A DNA stretch of 63,184 bases, counting the filler, from Stramenopiles sp. TOSAG23-2 (Eukaryota): assembly GCA_900128395.1 (NCBI GenBank). It is 9 parts of 9 records of this genome, joined end to end, with 100 filler letters (N's around TTAATTAATTAA, not from the genome) between each part and the next. Parts side by side here need not be neighbours in the genome. Positions count along the whole stretch, not along the records: positions 1 to 25,870 come from LT649445.1; 8 more parts are not named here. One strand, given 5' to 3'. Position 1 is the stretch's first letter. The number at the start of each line of letters is the position of its first letter. The notes under the pieces are model-generated. The model made no database searches and was not told the origin of the DNA. It worked only from the letters and a program-made list of their open reading frames with translations. Made by a program: the position numbers and the translations under genes. This document shows, piece after piece, positions 9,121 to 20,256 of the stretch.

Positions 9121-12100
9121 TTAACAAAAATTATATGCACCATACAATATCTTTTCACGTTTTGATTTTATTTTACGATTATCTTTGAAAATAGTTTCTG
9201 GTAATGCTACTGGTTTATTTTTTTGCTTAAATGGTTTACCTACACTCCAATTAATCTTCCACATCTGTTTCATTAAATTTCTTTGTTCTATTGCCTCATC
9301 AATAATTTCATTTTTATTACTTCTGTTTTGTTTCATTGTTTCAAGTTTTGCTAAATTTTGCTCGGGTACTTCTACAGGTGAATCCATCAAGTCCATTGAC
9401 CCATCCTTATCTTTTTCTATTAATTTAAATTTAACTTTACGTGGAGATGGATGATTCATATTCTTCGATCGATTTTTATTATCTTTTGGCATTGTCACAA
9501 TATTATTATTTACTGCTGGTTTAGCATTTGAATCTAATGTGCTATTAAACATTTTCTTACCGATATGCCCAATATTAGTAGCACTATCGTCATTATTTTT
9601 ATTAACATTCTCTTCTCTCTTTTGAATTTTGAAGGAACCGCTTAATGATATATTTCCAGCATCATTTAGATCAGTCCGTGTGTGAACTTTTGTCATTGCA
9701 TTATGTAATCGCTTACGTTGCATATCTTCAAACGCACTCGGTATAGGCTTTGCACGATGCTTACGAATTGAATCCTCTACTATATCTTTAATAATACGTG
9801 GTGATGAAGGCCGCCCAGGATTTTTTTCATAACCTAACATGATTTCATCAACAACATTTTTTAAAGATTCTGTATCGCACATTGTACGCAAGATGTCTGT
9901 CCTGCGACAAAAGTATGCATTTTCCGTTATTGTCGATCTCCATGCATTTCTAGTTACATAGTCTTCTTCAAAACAGTGCAATATGCGTTTCGGTAATCGC
10001 CGCAATATATAATATGGCATAATCAAAACTTTAACTTTAGTTTTTGCAACGTAGGATTCTACTTCTACAGAGTCAGGAGCAGAAACATTTGCAGGATTAA
10101 TAATATTGTTATTTTCTAAAAGTTGGCTTGATTTATCCTCTTCTTCTTGATTGACATCAAGAGATTTTGTTGTATTTGCAACGACGCTTTGAATAGGATT
10201 TTTACTATTACTAGTATCTCTGGGTTTATCAGGCGAAGATGGTACATTATTAGTATTTTCAAGTGTATCTTCACCATTGCCTTTTTTCAATAAACGAGTA
10301 GGGGATTCAACAATTTTTTCGCCCCCACCATTTAACATTGATTTAACTGCAGATATGCCAAACCATTGTGCTTTGCCAATGGTAGAAATATGTGCCAGAT
10401 AGTCATCGACAATATTTTGATATTTGCTCTTAATTACTACGGTTCGTTTAATATTTATTTGCCCGGATAAAATAACATATACAGAATCTAGTTGGTTACC
10501 AACTAGATTAAATACATGACCTGGCATGTATGTATGTGTTGAACATTTGTTTACATTGTCTAATAAAACGTTTGCTTCAACGTCGATAAACGGGGTTACA
10601 TTTGCTTTTAAAAAATCAACTAATTCCATTATTTCATATGTGCGGTTACTATTTACTACAGAATCTTCCTTTATACCTTCATATGATGTTCGATGTATTT
10701 CGATTAAATGCGTTTTTCCCCTTGCGCATGCAGTGAATTTACGACCAGTACTAGAGGATAAAGCCAATACGCCAAATATATCCCCTTCTACATATATTTT
10801 GTGAACATTTCCATACTCATCTATTTCGTCTATGGAACCATGTAGTATTAAATATGCATTACCATTATTCAATTCTTCTTCACGATTATATAAAATTACA
10901 TCTTTACCAAGACTAGTATAATACAAATGTTTATAGAAATTGTTATTATGTTTAAACCTATGTAATTGTTTTGGCCATACTACTGTTCTTAATAATAATT
11001 TCAAAAAATGAAGCTGTACTTCATTTCTATCAAAAGGAATTGTTTTCAATATTCTTTTCGTAACCTTTTCAAATGTATGCAAAGCTTTTTGACTATCGTT
11101 CCACCTGACATGTCGTAATAATTGTTTCATGGGATCTAAATGCCTCGGATTGTCTAATAAATAGTGCATTAATGATTTATACAAAGAGACAGGTCCATCT
11201 TGTCCTTTTTTTTTTCCTACTAGTGATAATTGACCGACATTGTGCAATACGTGGTTTATATGTCCTTTACGTTTCATCTTTAAATGATATAAATATGCCC
11301 TTGATCGCCTTACAAAAAGTGGGTAAAAATCTGAACCTAAACATGATTTTAAATCTGATAATGTCACCCATACACACATAGCAGTTGTACTTATTGTTTC
11401 TAATGTATGATTCCAGTGGTTTTCGTATTGATGATGAGGAGGAGGATGCTGATTAGCGCTACCATCGTTATGTTCAGACGTTTCGCCACTATTTATACCA
11501 CTATTATTCTCATCAATTAGACATTTAATGCCATACATATCCCCTAATGAGGAAATTGTTTCACCATGGTGGATTTCTTTCACTTCTCCTTCTATGACAC
11601 ATATCATATATTTTTGCACAGTTCCTCTTTCTGCTACCAAGTCTCCCTTCGAATAAATCGCTGGATGCATTATATCTCTTAAATGTGATAAAACAAGCGG
11701 AGGCAATTGATTAAATGCCGGATGTCTTTCAAAAATTTTTTCTGACTCTAAAAATTGTCTACATCTCATAACTGTATTTACAGGGAATAAACATGCGAAT
11801 GCTTCTTTATGAAGCATATAACAAGAACAATTGTTAGACGCTGCTATAACACTTGCTGTTCGTGGACTGCTTGCCAATAATGCATATTCGCCAAAATAAC
11901 TAGGTGGTTCTAAAGTTCGAATAAATGTTGGCTTTGGTGATTCATCAGACATTTGTTTATAAATATTCACCTTTCCAGATTTCAATATATACATAACCTC
12001 TCCAAGTTCTCCTTCCCTTATTATTACATCTTTATCATTAAATTTTATTTCTGTAAAACTATCAGCTATTCTATTTAAATTATCTTTTGATAGAGCTTGA

Positions 12101-12213
12101 AACAATGGTACTTTGATTATAAGTTCAATAGATTTTTCTTTCAAAAATAGTTTTTTCTCTTCTGCCCATTTATTTGGATTAGTAGTAGTAACGAAAGTAC
12201 TGGAAGACGCCAT
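9121..12213 (-). CDS. Protein with about four cyclic-nucleotide-binding (CNB) domains and no catalytic domain recognised
   Basis: Canonical CNB1: IIREGELGEVMYILKSGKV...FGEYALLASSPRTASV. Further CNB-like blocks at YSKGDLVAERG, YLILHGSI...GDIFGVLAL and VYVILSGQI...WFGI. Confidence 0.85.
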   Translation of the reverse strand: MASSSTFVTTTNPNKWAEEKKLFLKEKSIELIIKVPLFQALSKDNLNRIADSFTEIKFNDKDVIIREGELGEVMYILKSGKVNIYKQMSDESPKPTFIRTLEPPSYFGEYALLASSPRTASVIAASNNCSCYMLHKEAFACLFPVNTVMRCRQFLESEKIFERHPAFNQLPPLVLSHLRDIMHPAIYSKGDLVAERGTVQKYMICVIEGEVKEIHHGETISSLGDMYGIKCLIDENNSGINSGETSEHNDGSANQHPPPHHQYENHWNHTLETISTTAMCVWVTLSDLKSCLGSDFYPLFVRRSRAYLYHLKMKRKGHINHVLHNVGQLSLVGKKKGQDGPVSLYKSLMHYLLDNPRHLDPMKQLLRHVRWNDSQKALHTFEKVTKRILKTIPFDRNEVQLHFLKLLLRTVVWPKQLHRFKHNNNFYKHLYYTSLGKDVILYNREEELNNGNAYLILHGSIDEIDEYGNVHKIYVEGDIFGVLALSSSTGRKFTACARGKTHLIEIHRTSYEGIKEDSVVNSNRTYEIMELVDFLKANVTPFIDVEANVLLDNVNKCSTHTYMPGHVFNLVGNQLDSVYVILSGQINIKRTVVIKSKYQNIVDDYLAHISTIGKAQWFGISAVKSMLNGGGEKIVESPTRLLKKGNGEDTLENTNNVPSSPDKPRDTSNSKNPIQSVVANTTKSLDVNQEEEDKSSQLLENNNIINPANVSAPDSVEVESYVAKTKVKVLIMPYYILRRLPKRILHCFEEDYVTRNAWRSTITENAYFCRRTDILRTMCDTESLKNVVDEIMLGYEKNPGRPSSPRIIKDIVEDSIRKHRAKPIPSAFEDMQRKRLHNAMTKVHTRTDLNDAGNISLSGSFKIQKREENVNKNNDDSATNIGHIGKKMFNSTLDSNAKPAVNNNIVTMPKDNKNRSKNMNHPSPRKVKFKLIEKDKDGSMDLMDSPVEVPEQNLAKLETMKQNRSNKNEIIDEAIEQRNLMKQMWKINWSVGKPFKQKNKPVALPETIFKDNRKIKSKREKILYGAYNFC

Positions 12214-13423
12214 AATGAATGCTTGTAATCTTTTCGTTTACGTAAGTTTTTGTCTGTATATATACATTGTTTGTAAATTAATGTATCGCAAATTTTTTGT
12301 TTTAATATTTATTATTATTATTTGTTATTTCTATAATAATAATTCTAATGATGTGAAACGAACTTGTTTTTTTGTGTTTCTGTATGATCAAGAAAGGCTG
12401 TTGTGTTATAAATACCTTAAACATTGAGTGGCATAGTGGCATCTTTACGCCGTTTTAGTTTATACGAGAGTATATAAATAGTACTAATACTGTAGTACAG
12501 TAGCTGCTAGCTACCACAGCCTAAAAGGCACGTCAGGTATTTAGTCTATAATATGACAATTGCATTGCAATTGTGCAATTCGAACAAAGCCTGGAAAGCC
12601 GGAAAGCTGGAAAGCCACCAGGAAAGCAGTGCGAAAGAAGCACCATCCAAAGAAAAAAAAACAAAAAAAAAAAAGACGAGACACGAATCACATAAAAGAC
12701 ATGAACATGTACATGAATATTACTTGTACATAGTAAATGGAAAAGAGAAGAACGTATGTAAATATAACATACGTACCAGTATATTATAAGATTTTATAGT
12801 TTATTCATATATATATCTGTCTCTCTCAACCAATAAACTAAATTGTACATTGTGTGTATATATATATATACAATATATATTAATGCAGATATGTATATAT
12901 ATACATATATATATATGCACATATTTATAGTATTATAGCAACATATATGCATCAGAAGTAGTTTACTCGATCCCCTCATCTTCGCCTGCTACAGCCCATA
13001 ATAATAAGAAGTAGTTGGTGTCAGTGGCGAAAAGCTACAGTATACCAGGTACTGTAATATATAGGGAGTGTATACTACATTGTATGTAGTAGTAGGTGCT
13101 ACTTACCGATACTAATGAACGGATCCTCTCTAGAATAAATATGGTGGTATGGTGGTGCATCATCATCGAATTTATATTATAATTAATACATCAGTATAGA
13201 CTATATGAATATAGTTTTGTCTGCTTAATAAAATTAATAATTTTAATAATTAATAATTCATGTTATAAAATTATGAAACTGTAAGTTTTATATACAGATA
13301 TTTCAAAGGAGAAAATCATTTTAACAATAGACATATATATATACAACGAGATAATATAACAACGGTAGGTTTCAATATTTTAGTTAGTTAGGACAACTTT
13401 TCAAACAAAAGAAGAGAAAAAAG

Positions 13424-15904
13424 ATGAAGAATATTATATTAATAATCATAAGTAACATTATTATTATTTCCACCTGCTGTTCAATATTATTAGTCTTTGC
13501 ATCAACAAAAGATACGAATAATGATGTAAATATATTTCCTATCAATACATGGTTGAAACCAAATATTTACTATGGTACAAAAACAGAAAGTTCTATACCA
13601 TTAACAACCGGTTTAATGTGGTTCACAGGGGATAAAATTGACTTTTTAAGACATGATGCAAGGCAGGAGGATCGTTTAAAACGTTGGGGATGGATTGAAC
13701 ATAATGGCAATGATTATGGTAAAGAAAAATTAATTGATGATAAAAATAATATTAAATTAGAAATATCACATATAAAAAATGATATGACAATTATTAATGT
13801 TACCAGTAAAAATAAAAAAAAGTTAGAGGAAAATTGTTCGATAATATTCTATGTATGGGACGAATCGAATAGTGGTAAATTAAGTGTAAACACAAAAGGT
13901 GGAGACAATACGACATATATTAATGGTGAACATGGGGAACATGGTAAATATCGATTTAAACTTTTTCATCACCTTCTTTCTCCATCATCATCGGAAAAAA
14001 AGAAAGAAGCAAATACATTTTATGAAGGTAGATATGTAAAATCAACAAGTGATTTATGGAAATTAAAGGATGACTGGGTACGACCAAGCTTAAGAAATAA
14101 TTACATGGAACAACAAGAAACATTAAATAAAAGCAACAAGAGAAAAAAGAACAAGAAAAAGAAAAAGAAGAAAAAAAATAAGATGAAAAAATATCCAAAT
14201 GTCATACCAAAATTATCTAATCATATTTATAGTTTTGGAGGAAACAATGTGGAGAAAACTAATATTATAGCTGTACAAAAAGTAATTACTACACCATTTA
14301 TTTTAAATATTCAAACCATATATAATAGTGAAAATGGTGAGTATAACAGCGATGATGAAATGAATATGGAAAATAACGATGTTGCAAAATCAAGAATTTT
14401 AGATAAATTTGAAAGTTATTCCAATCAATTTTCACAAACATTTCAAAAGATATTTAATTTCAATAATGAATATACAAATAATATTAAATATACTAATTTT
14501 GCAAAAGCAGCATTTAGCAATTTAATTGGAAGTGTCACGCACTTTCATGGAAGTTCATTAATAAAACATCCACGTGATGACGAAGAGCCAACACTAAGTA
14601 AAGAAGGACCGTTGATTACCGGTGTACCCTCTCGTTCATTTTTTCCACGTGGTTTTTTATGGGATGAAGGTTTTCATCAATTATTAATTGTTGAATGGGA
14701 TCCAATTTTAACTATGAAAGTATTAAAACATTGGTTTCATCGAATGGATGATAAAGGGTGGATACCAAGGGAACAAATATTAGGCGACGAAGCGTTAAGT
14801 AAAGTACCAAAACAATTTCAAATACAATCCCCTGATGTTGCAAACCCTCCTGCATTGTTATTATCCATTGAGCGATTGGTTGAAATTGCAAATAGTAGTA
14901 TGAACAAGAAGATGACGAAAATGGAAAAAGAGATTCATTCTGATGGGATGGATGATAATAGTAATAATATAGTCGAAAATACATTATATAACAATGTATA
15001 TGAATTTTTAAATGATATTAAGCCATATTTAATAAAATGGTATAAATGGCTTAAAAGTACACAAAGTGGACCGTCATATGGTACATTTCGTTGGCGGGGG
15101 CGTACAAAAACACATACATTAAGTAGTGGGCTGGATGATTATCCTCGTGGCATGTATCCTTCCGATGATGATAAACATGTAGATTTATTATCATGGATGG
15201 CATATAGTGCTGGGACATTAAAACGATTGTTTGAACTGTTGAATAAATACGATGGGTCAATGGAGGATAATAATACAGAAGAACATGAAGAAAATTTGAA
15301 ATATATTGAATTATATAAAAACGACAATGAGCTGTATCTGAAAAATTTACAACAACATTGGGACATTGATACAAACTTATTTTATGATATTGGGGTAAAT
15401 GGTTTAATTTATGATGAAAACACTGGAAGGCCTATTAGTTATGATGAACCAAAATTGGTAAAACATTATGGATATGTGTCAATTTTTCCGCTAGCATTAC
15501 GATTATTAGAAGCAACTGATGAAAGGTTAGGCTTTTTAATTGATAACATTCGTGATGAAAACCTTGGATTATGGAGTAAATATGGCTTACGTTCATTATC
15601 TAAAAATGATAATTTATTTGGTAAAGAAGAAAATTATTGGCGTGGAAAAATATGGATTAATATTAATTTTTTAACATTGAAAGCTTTGCATAAATATAGC
15701 ATGATGAAAGGTCCATACCAAACAAAAGCAAAGTTGGTTTATGATGAATTACGTACAAATGTGATAAATAATATTTATCAACAATATCGTAAAGGTGGTT
15801 TTATATATGAAAATTATAATAGTGAAAATGGACGTGGTGCTGGGTGTCACCCATTTACAGGTTGGAGTTCATTAGTTGTTTTAATTATGGGTGAGAGGTA
15901 TTAA
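13424..15904 (+). CDS. MOGS: Mannosyl-oligosaccharide glucosidase (ER glucosidase I, GH63)
   Basis: N-terminal hydrophobic anchor; VPSRSFFPRGFLWDEGFH, GWIPREQILG, SGLDDYPR, YWRGKIWININFL, HPFTGWS. Confidence 0.97.
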   Translation: MKNIILIIISNIIIISTCCSILLVFASTKDTNNDVNIFPINTWLKPNIYYGTKTESSIPLTTGLMWFTGDKIDFLRHDARQEDRLKRWGWIEHNGNDYGKEKLIDDKNNIKLEISHIKNDMTIINVTSKNKKKLEENCSIIFYVWDESNSGKLSVNTKGGDNTTYINGEHGEHGKYRFKLFHHLLSPSSSEKKKEANTFYEGRYVKSTSDLWKLKDDWVRPSLRNNYMEQQETLNKSNKRKKNKKKKKKKKNKMKKYPNVIPKLSNHIYSFGGNNVEKTNIIAVQKVITTPFILNIQTIYNSENGEYNSDDEMNMENNDVAKSRILDKFESYSNQFSQTFQKIFNFNNEYTNNIKYTNFAKAAFSNLIGSVTHFHGSSLIKHPRDDEEPTLSKEGPLITGVPSRSFFPRGFLWDEGFHQLLIVEWDPILTMKVLKHWFHRMDDKGWIPREQILGDEALSKVPKQFQIQSPDVANPPALLLSIERLVEIANSSMNKKMTKMEKEIHSDGMDDNSNNIVENTLYNNVYEFLNDIKPYLIKWYKWLKSTQSGPSYGTFRWRGRTKTHTLSSGLDDYPRGMYPSDDDKHVDLLSWMAYSAGTLKRLFELLNKYDGSMEDNNTEEHEENLKYIELYKNDNELYLKNLQQHWDIDTNLFYDIGVNGLIYDENTGRPISYDEPKLVKHYGYVSIFPLALRLLEATDERLGFLIDNIRDENLGLWSKYGLRSLSKNDNLFGKEENYWRGKIWININFLTLKALHKYSMMKGPYQTKAKLVYDELRTNVINNIYQQYRKGGFIYENYNSENGRGAGCHPFTGWSSLVVLIMGERY

Positions 15905-16115
15905 TGAAATATGATTATGTTCATATCATAAATTTGATTATATATATGATCAAATTGAGAAAAATTTTATATGATATGATATACATACAGGATACAGCGC
16001 AGTATACTAGAACATTTTTATATATTATACATACGAAGTATTATATACATCATCATACGACTTCGTATAAAATATAAAAAAATATTTTACATATATATAT
16101 ATATATCTACTATCT

Positions 16116-16820
16116 CTATATACCCACTTTTTTCATATTACCATCAAATATTAAGTTATCAGATAAGCATTTTGAATCTTTTGTGACAAATAAACAATTT
16201 CGACAACGTGGCTTTGGTTGTCCACTCATTATATCTACAACATTTATTATTAAATCATCAAGAGTTTTTCCATCATTTAAAAGTTGATTTGCCACTTTAA
16301 ATTCAGCACATGTACCTCTTTTTCGACCTTTGACTAAGCTTTTCCCCCAGATAGACCGATGAATTTTTATGTTTTTACTTTGACCACTCATGCCATAATA
16401 AATTTGTTTTGATGGTGGATGATATGCAACAGCTAGAGCACGTATACAAACATCATGCTCAATAATAGTATTATTTTTCATCCAAGGCTTTTTAATTTGA
16501 TGATTTTTTAAATTTTTTCTTTTTTTTTTCTGTTTAGGTGCTAGATTGGTATCATCGCCTGCATCATTATTTCTTTCATTTCTTTTACATAATAATGGGT
16601 AATTTTTGTATGCCTCACACATGCTATTTGTTAATTTTTCCAAGGTATCTGTAATATTATTAGTAGTAGTAACAGTAGTAGTAATAGTAGTATTGTTATT
16701 ATCATTATTATCTACTATGTTATTATTTATAATTAGTTGTCCATTTGCATCTTTAGATAACTTTCTAAAATCTTTATTTAACAATTTTCGTTGTTGTTGT
16801 CTATCTGATGCAGAAGCCAT
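16116..16820 (-). CDS. YwqJ-like zinc-dependent deaminase (polymorphic-toxin type) with an Asn/Thr-rich N-terminus and a putative NLS
   Basis: AVAYHPPSKQIYYGMSG...GTCAEFKVANQLLNDG..L..L.INVV...SGQPKPRCRNC gives the [C/H]xE...P.CxxC deaminase signature. PKQKKKRK lies upstream. The likely start is MASASD at 16820; the upstream extension of the ORF looks like UTR. Confidence 0.75.
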   Translation of the reverse strand: MASASDRQQQRKLLNKDFRKLSKDANGQLIINNNIVDNNDNNNTTITTTVTTTNNITDTLEKLTNSMCEAYKNYPLLCKRNERNNDAGDDTNLAPKQKKKRKNLKNHQIKKPWMKNNTIIEHDVCIRALAVAYHPPSKQIYYGMSGQSKNIKIHRSIWGKSLVKGRKRGTCAEFKVANQLLNDGKTLDDLIINVVDIMSGQPKPRCRNCLFVTKDSKCLSDNLIFDGNMKKVGI

Positions 16821-17255
16821 GATTGTTGATGATGGGGGTGGTTCTATTTTGTTGGTTTGTTGTACAGAAATAAAGTGGTCAACATTTTTAATGATGATAT
16901 GTTTTTTAAAATTATTATATAGATTTGTATATTTGTTTTTACCTGATATGCACACATGCACACATGTACGGAACTATGATGCACGGACCTGGATGACCAG
17001 ATGACACCTTAAAACCTTAACCTCCCTCATATATGTAATATGTGCAAATGTGCATATATGTCATAATAGAGGCCGCTATTTAATCCGTTAATCGTTGATC
17101 GTGATGATGCAATACCTGTGTAATGGATATATAAACTATATATTTGCATTTAAAAAACAAGATATATATTTAGAAAGATATTTGTATGAAAACCCAAGAC
17201 ACATAAACAATACACTCACAAATTTGTTTATAACATTCATCCTCCATCAAAAAAC

Positions 17256-17951
17256 ATGGCATCTTCTTACAAATATAATAATTTTAAAAATCTCAAATCT
17301 GAATTTTGTCCATCTGATAATCAAATTAAAATATTTAACCAAACTGGTAAAGTTGTTCGACGTAATTGTAATGGTCCATGGGCAGGATACTCAACGGAAA
17401 AGGCGAAATCAGATCGCGCAACATTAATCAATAGTATCAGTGCCAATGCTGGACACAATAAGCGTAGAGTTAGTCCAACACCATGGAAACGTTCTGACGA
17501 TCCAAAAGTAAAAGCATATGTATCTACAGAGATAACACCAAAATGGACGAAGATAAGTGTCCCACCAGAAAGTAAATATGATCAGTGGCAATCGAATAGG
17601 TTAAAAAAACGGGGTGCAAATTATAAAAAGCCGTTCTTTAAAAATCGATTATCTGCATCCACACCAAACTTTATGGATATACCTAGATTAGCACCTGAAG
17701 AATTCAAACGAAGACAAAAACAAGATCATGATGAATATATATCAAAGAAAAGCCACGTAAAATCAGATTTCGGTGTAAGTTGGGAAGCACCGGGCTGGTT
17801 TCACACCGATACTAATGGTATTGGTGCAGATAGAACACATAAAACATTAACATATGCAGGCAAACGAACCCTGTTAAAGTTAAAAACACCAAAAAATGCA
17901 AAATCATGCAAAACATTAAAATTATTGGAAAATAGAACCTTCTCATATTAA
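17256..17951 (+). CDS. Hypothetical basic protein
   Basis: 231-aa ATG-started ORF with AT-rich flanks; no domain recognised. Confidence 0.7.
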   Translation: MASSYKYNNFKNLKSEFCPSDNQIKIFNQTGKVVRRNCNGPWAGYSTEKAKSDRATLINSISANAGHNKRRVSPTPWKRSDDPKVKAYVSTEITPKWTKISVPPESKYDQWQSNRLKKRGANYKKPFFKNRLSASTPNFMDIPRLAPEEFKRRQKQDHDEYISKKSHVKSDFGVSWEAPGWFHTDTNGIGADRTHKTLTYAGKRTLLKLKTPKNAKSCKTLKLLENRTFSY

Positions 17952-18382
17952 TGCCCATTTTTCATCAACAGAAGGTTGATAAAATAATCTATTTTACTCT
18001 TACCTCATCGGTAATTCCTGTTTCGGGAGTTGACACAATTACAATTCATATTGTGAGATGATTAGATATTATTAAAATATATTGGCTTGGTTAAAGTTTT
18101 ATTCTTTTTTGAGAGTAAGGAATTATGACAATACGTATCAGGAGAGTAAAAATATTAAAAAAATCCAAATACGCGTAATTTATTCGTACAAAATGTAAAT
18201 ATGATGAGCGCGTGTTAAAGATGACTGATATACACTCTTTTCAACTTAATTATATTATTACGAAAATACAGTAAAAAAATACTTCGGTGTATTATTAATT
18301 AATGCACTAATTAGACTAATACCATATGTGTTTTTTTTTTGTGGTAACTTAATTTTTCAGCGAAATAAAAATCTGGCTCTTT

Positions 18383-19909
18383 TTACAATCTTGAAAGATG
18401 TTTCACTGAGTCATCACCTTCAACAATTCGTTTTGCAAACAATAAACCGCTATACTTCGGATTTGCTATATACATTCTCTCGCTTGCAGTAATCCATAAA
18501 TGAATTTGTAACTCTTCCTCATCGAGTCTAATAATTTTTTCACGAATTGCTACTCCTAACTTTTCACGATAATTAAGCAACCTATTTGTATTATTAATAT
18601 CAATGTTATGATTATTATTATTATAATCATCCACTAGTAAAGAAAAACGTTCTAATATTGTACCTATTCGATTTTCTTCATCCACTTCCATTCTTCTACT
18701 GTGCACTAATTCTCTACGACCCATTGCTAACATATTTTTCGCAACGCTAAGGTAATATTTTGAAGGACCTTTAACTTCTTTTTTCAAATCAACAAATAAA
18801 TCTTGTACAGCTGATAGTAAATCCGAGGCATCTGGATGCCGTGTACTACGTATAACGGTCTCTGTTACTTCATTTGGTATTTTAATATTTCCATCATTAC
18901 CAGCTTTTAATAATGTTGCTAACGGGATGATATCATTTAAACTATCTAAGACACCTTCTGCTGCTCTTCTAGCAATTGCTGCAGGTTCCATTCTTCGAAA
19001 TTTCTTATTTTCAATCCAACGATCACCAAACCCTAAGCACATGACAGCCCACATAATTTGACCTTGAATTTGCCAAAATTTTACACGTTCCCTATCCACT
19101 TTCAAGCCTTCACTCTCATAACCTGCAAAAAATGTCTCATACCCACCAAATCCACCAACATTCTTTTCAATATTGCCAAATCGCCATGAATTTACACACA
19201 TCCAACCTAGATCAGCCATTGGATCACCAATACAAGCCAATTCCCAATCCAATACCCCTACAATACCTTTTTCTTTTGTCATCATTAAATTCCCATTTCT
19301 ATAATCACCATGTACTAATGTTTTCTTTTTCAATGGTGGAGGAACATTTTCCCTTAGCCAGCGAAATACGTATTCAAAACCTGGATTAACGCCTATATTA
19401 CTTGCTTGTAACTGTTCATAATATTTATCAATTGATATTTCAAAATTTTGTTGCGGCAATAATTTTTCGCTCAGTGTACCATCTAAATTGATTTTATGTA
19501 TCCGTGCAATTGTTTGCCCCGCATTGAATGTCAAGTCAACATCAAAATCCATTTTGACAATACGTTGTCCAAGCGCTTCACCATCAAGCCATTCCATTAA
19601 CAATGCTTCGATCCCATCTTTTTCATGGGAATAAACACCATATATTTTTGGAGCTGGGGCATTTACAGTTGTGCATAGTTGCATCAAATCGGCTTCAACA
19701 CTTAACGGAAATGGTATGGCACCAGGTGCTAAACCACGAGCCCGTACACAATATTTTTCAACCGTCTCCTCTGTCCCGTCACGTTTAAATTTTAAAAATA
19801 CTCGGAACAATGCATTTACTGCTCCCCCTGTCAAGCGCTCCATTTTATCGACGCCAACACAATTTGGCACACTGTTTTTAAATAAGCCATTCCAATCAAA
19901 TTTATCCAT
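18383..19909 (-). CDS. Aminoglycoside-phosphotransferase-family kinase (ACAD10/11 N-domain-like) with a helical C-terminal domain (DUF6285-like) and a PTS1 (-SRL)
   Basis: LTGGAVN, LVHGDYRNGNLM, VLDWELACIGDPMADLGW; ends ...KHLSRL. Confidence 0.88.
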   Translation of the reverse strand: MDKFDWNGLFKNSVPNCVGVDKMERLTGGAVNALFRVFLKFKRDGTEETVEKYCVRARGLAPGAIPFPLSVEADLMQLCTTVNAPAPKIYGVYSHEKDGIEALLMEWLDGEALGQRIVKMDFDVDLTFNAGQTIARIHKINLDGTLSEKLLPQQNFEISIDKYYEQLQASNIGVNPGFEYVFRWLRENVPPPLKKKTLVHGDYRNGNLMMTKEKGIVGVLDWELACIGDPMADLGWMCVNSWRFGNIEKNVGGFGGYETFFAGYESEGLKVDRERVKFWQIQGQIMWAVMCLGFGDRWIENKKFRRMEPAAIARRAAEGVLDSLNDIIPLATLLKAGNDGNIKIPNEVTETVIRSTRHPDASDLLSAVQDLFVDLKKEVKGPSKYYLSVAKNMLAMGRRELVHSRRMEVDEENRIGTILERFSLLVDDYNNNNHNIDINNTNRLLNYREKLGVAIREKIIRLDEEELQIHLWITASERMYIANPKYSGLLFAKRIVEGDDSVKHLSRL

Positions 19910-20256
19910 CTTTTATACTATGTTTTGTTTTATTTTTTGTTGTACAATATTGTTTTTGTTCTATTTGATCTGATCTGGAGTTTTATGACAATATTATATT
20001 TAATAATAAAACAATAATATTTTTAAAGATGCACAAAAAGTGGTTGGAATGGGGCTGCTGCTGCGTGCGATCCGATTTAGATTTGTAGAACATCTACTAT
20101 AGTATTTTTCATAGGAATATTTTTAATATGGAATATACGAATATACTAATACTAGTAATATTAATAGGATAAGCTTAAGCATGTATTAGAATATAAATAG
20201 TACGAAGAAAAAATAGCTAAACATCACTCACTCTGTGTATTTTATTATAGAGCTAC

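Noticed and set aside
12553..12789. 78-aa ORF
   Set aside because: Made of the GGAAAGC repeat and poly-A runs in an intergenic region; no protein features.
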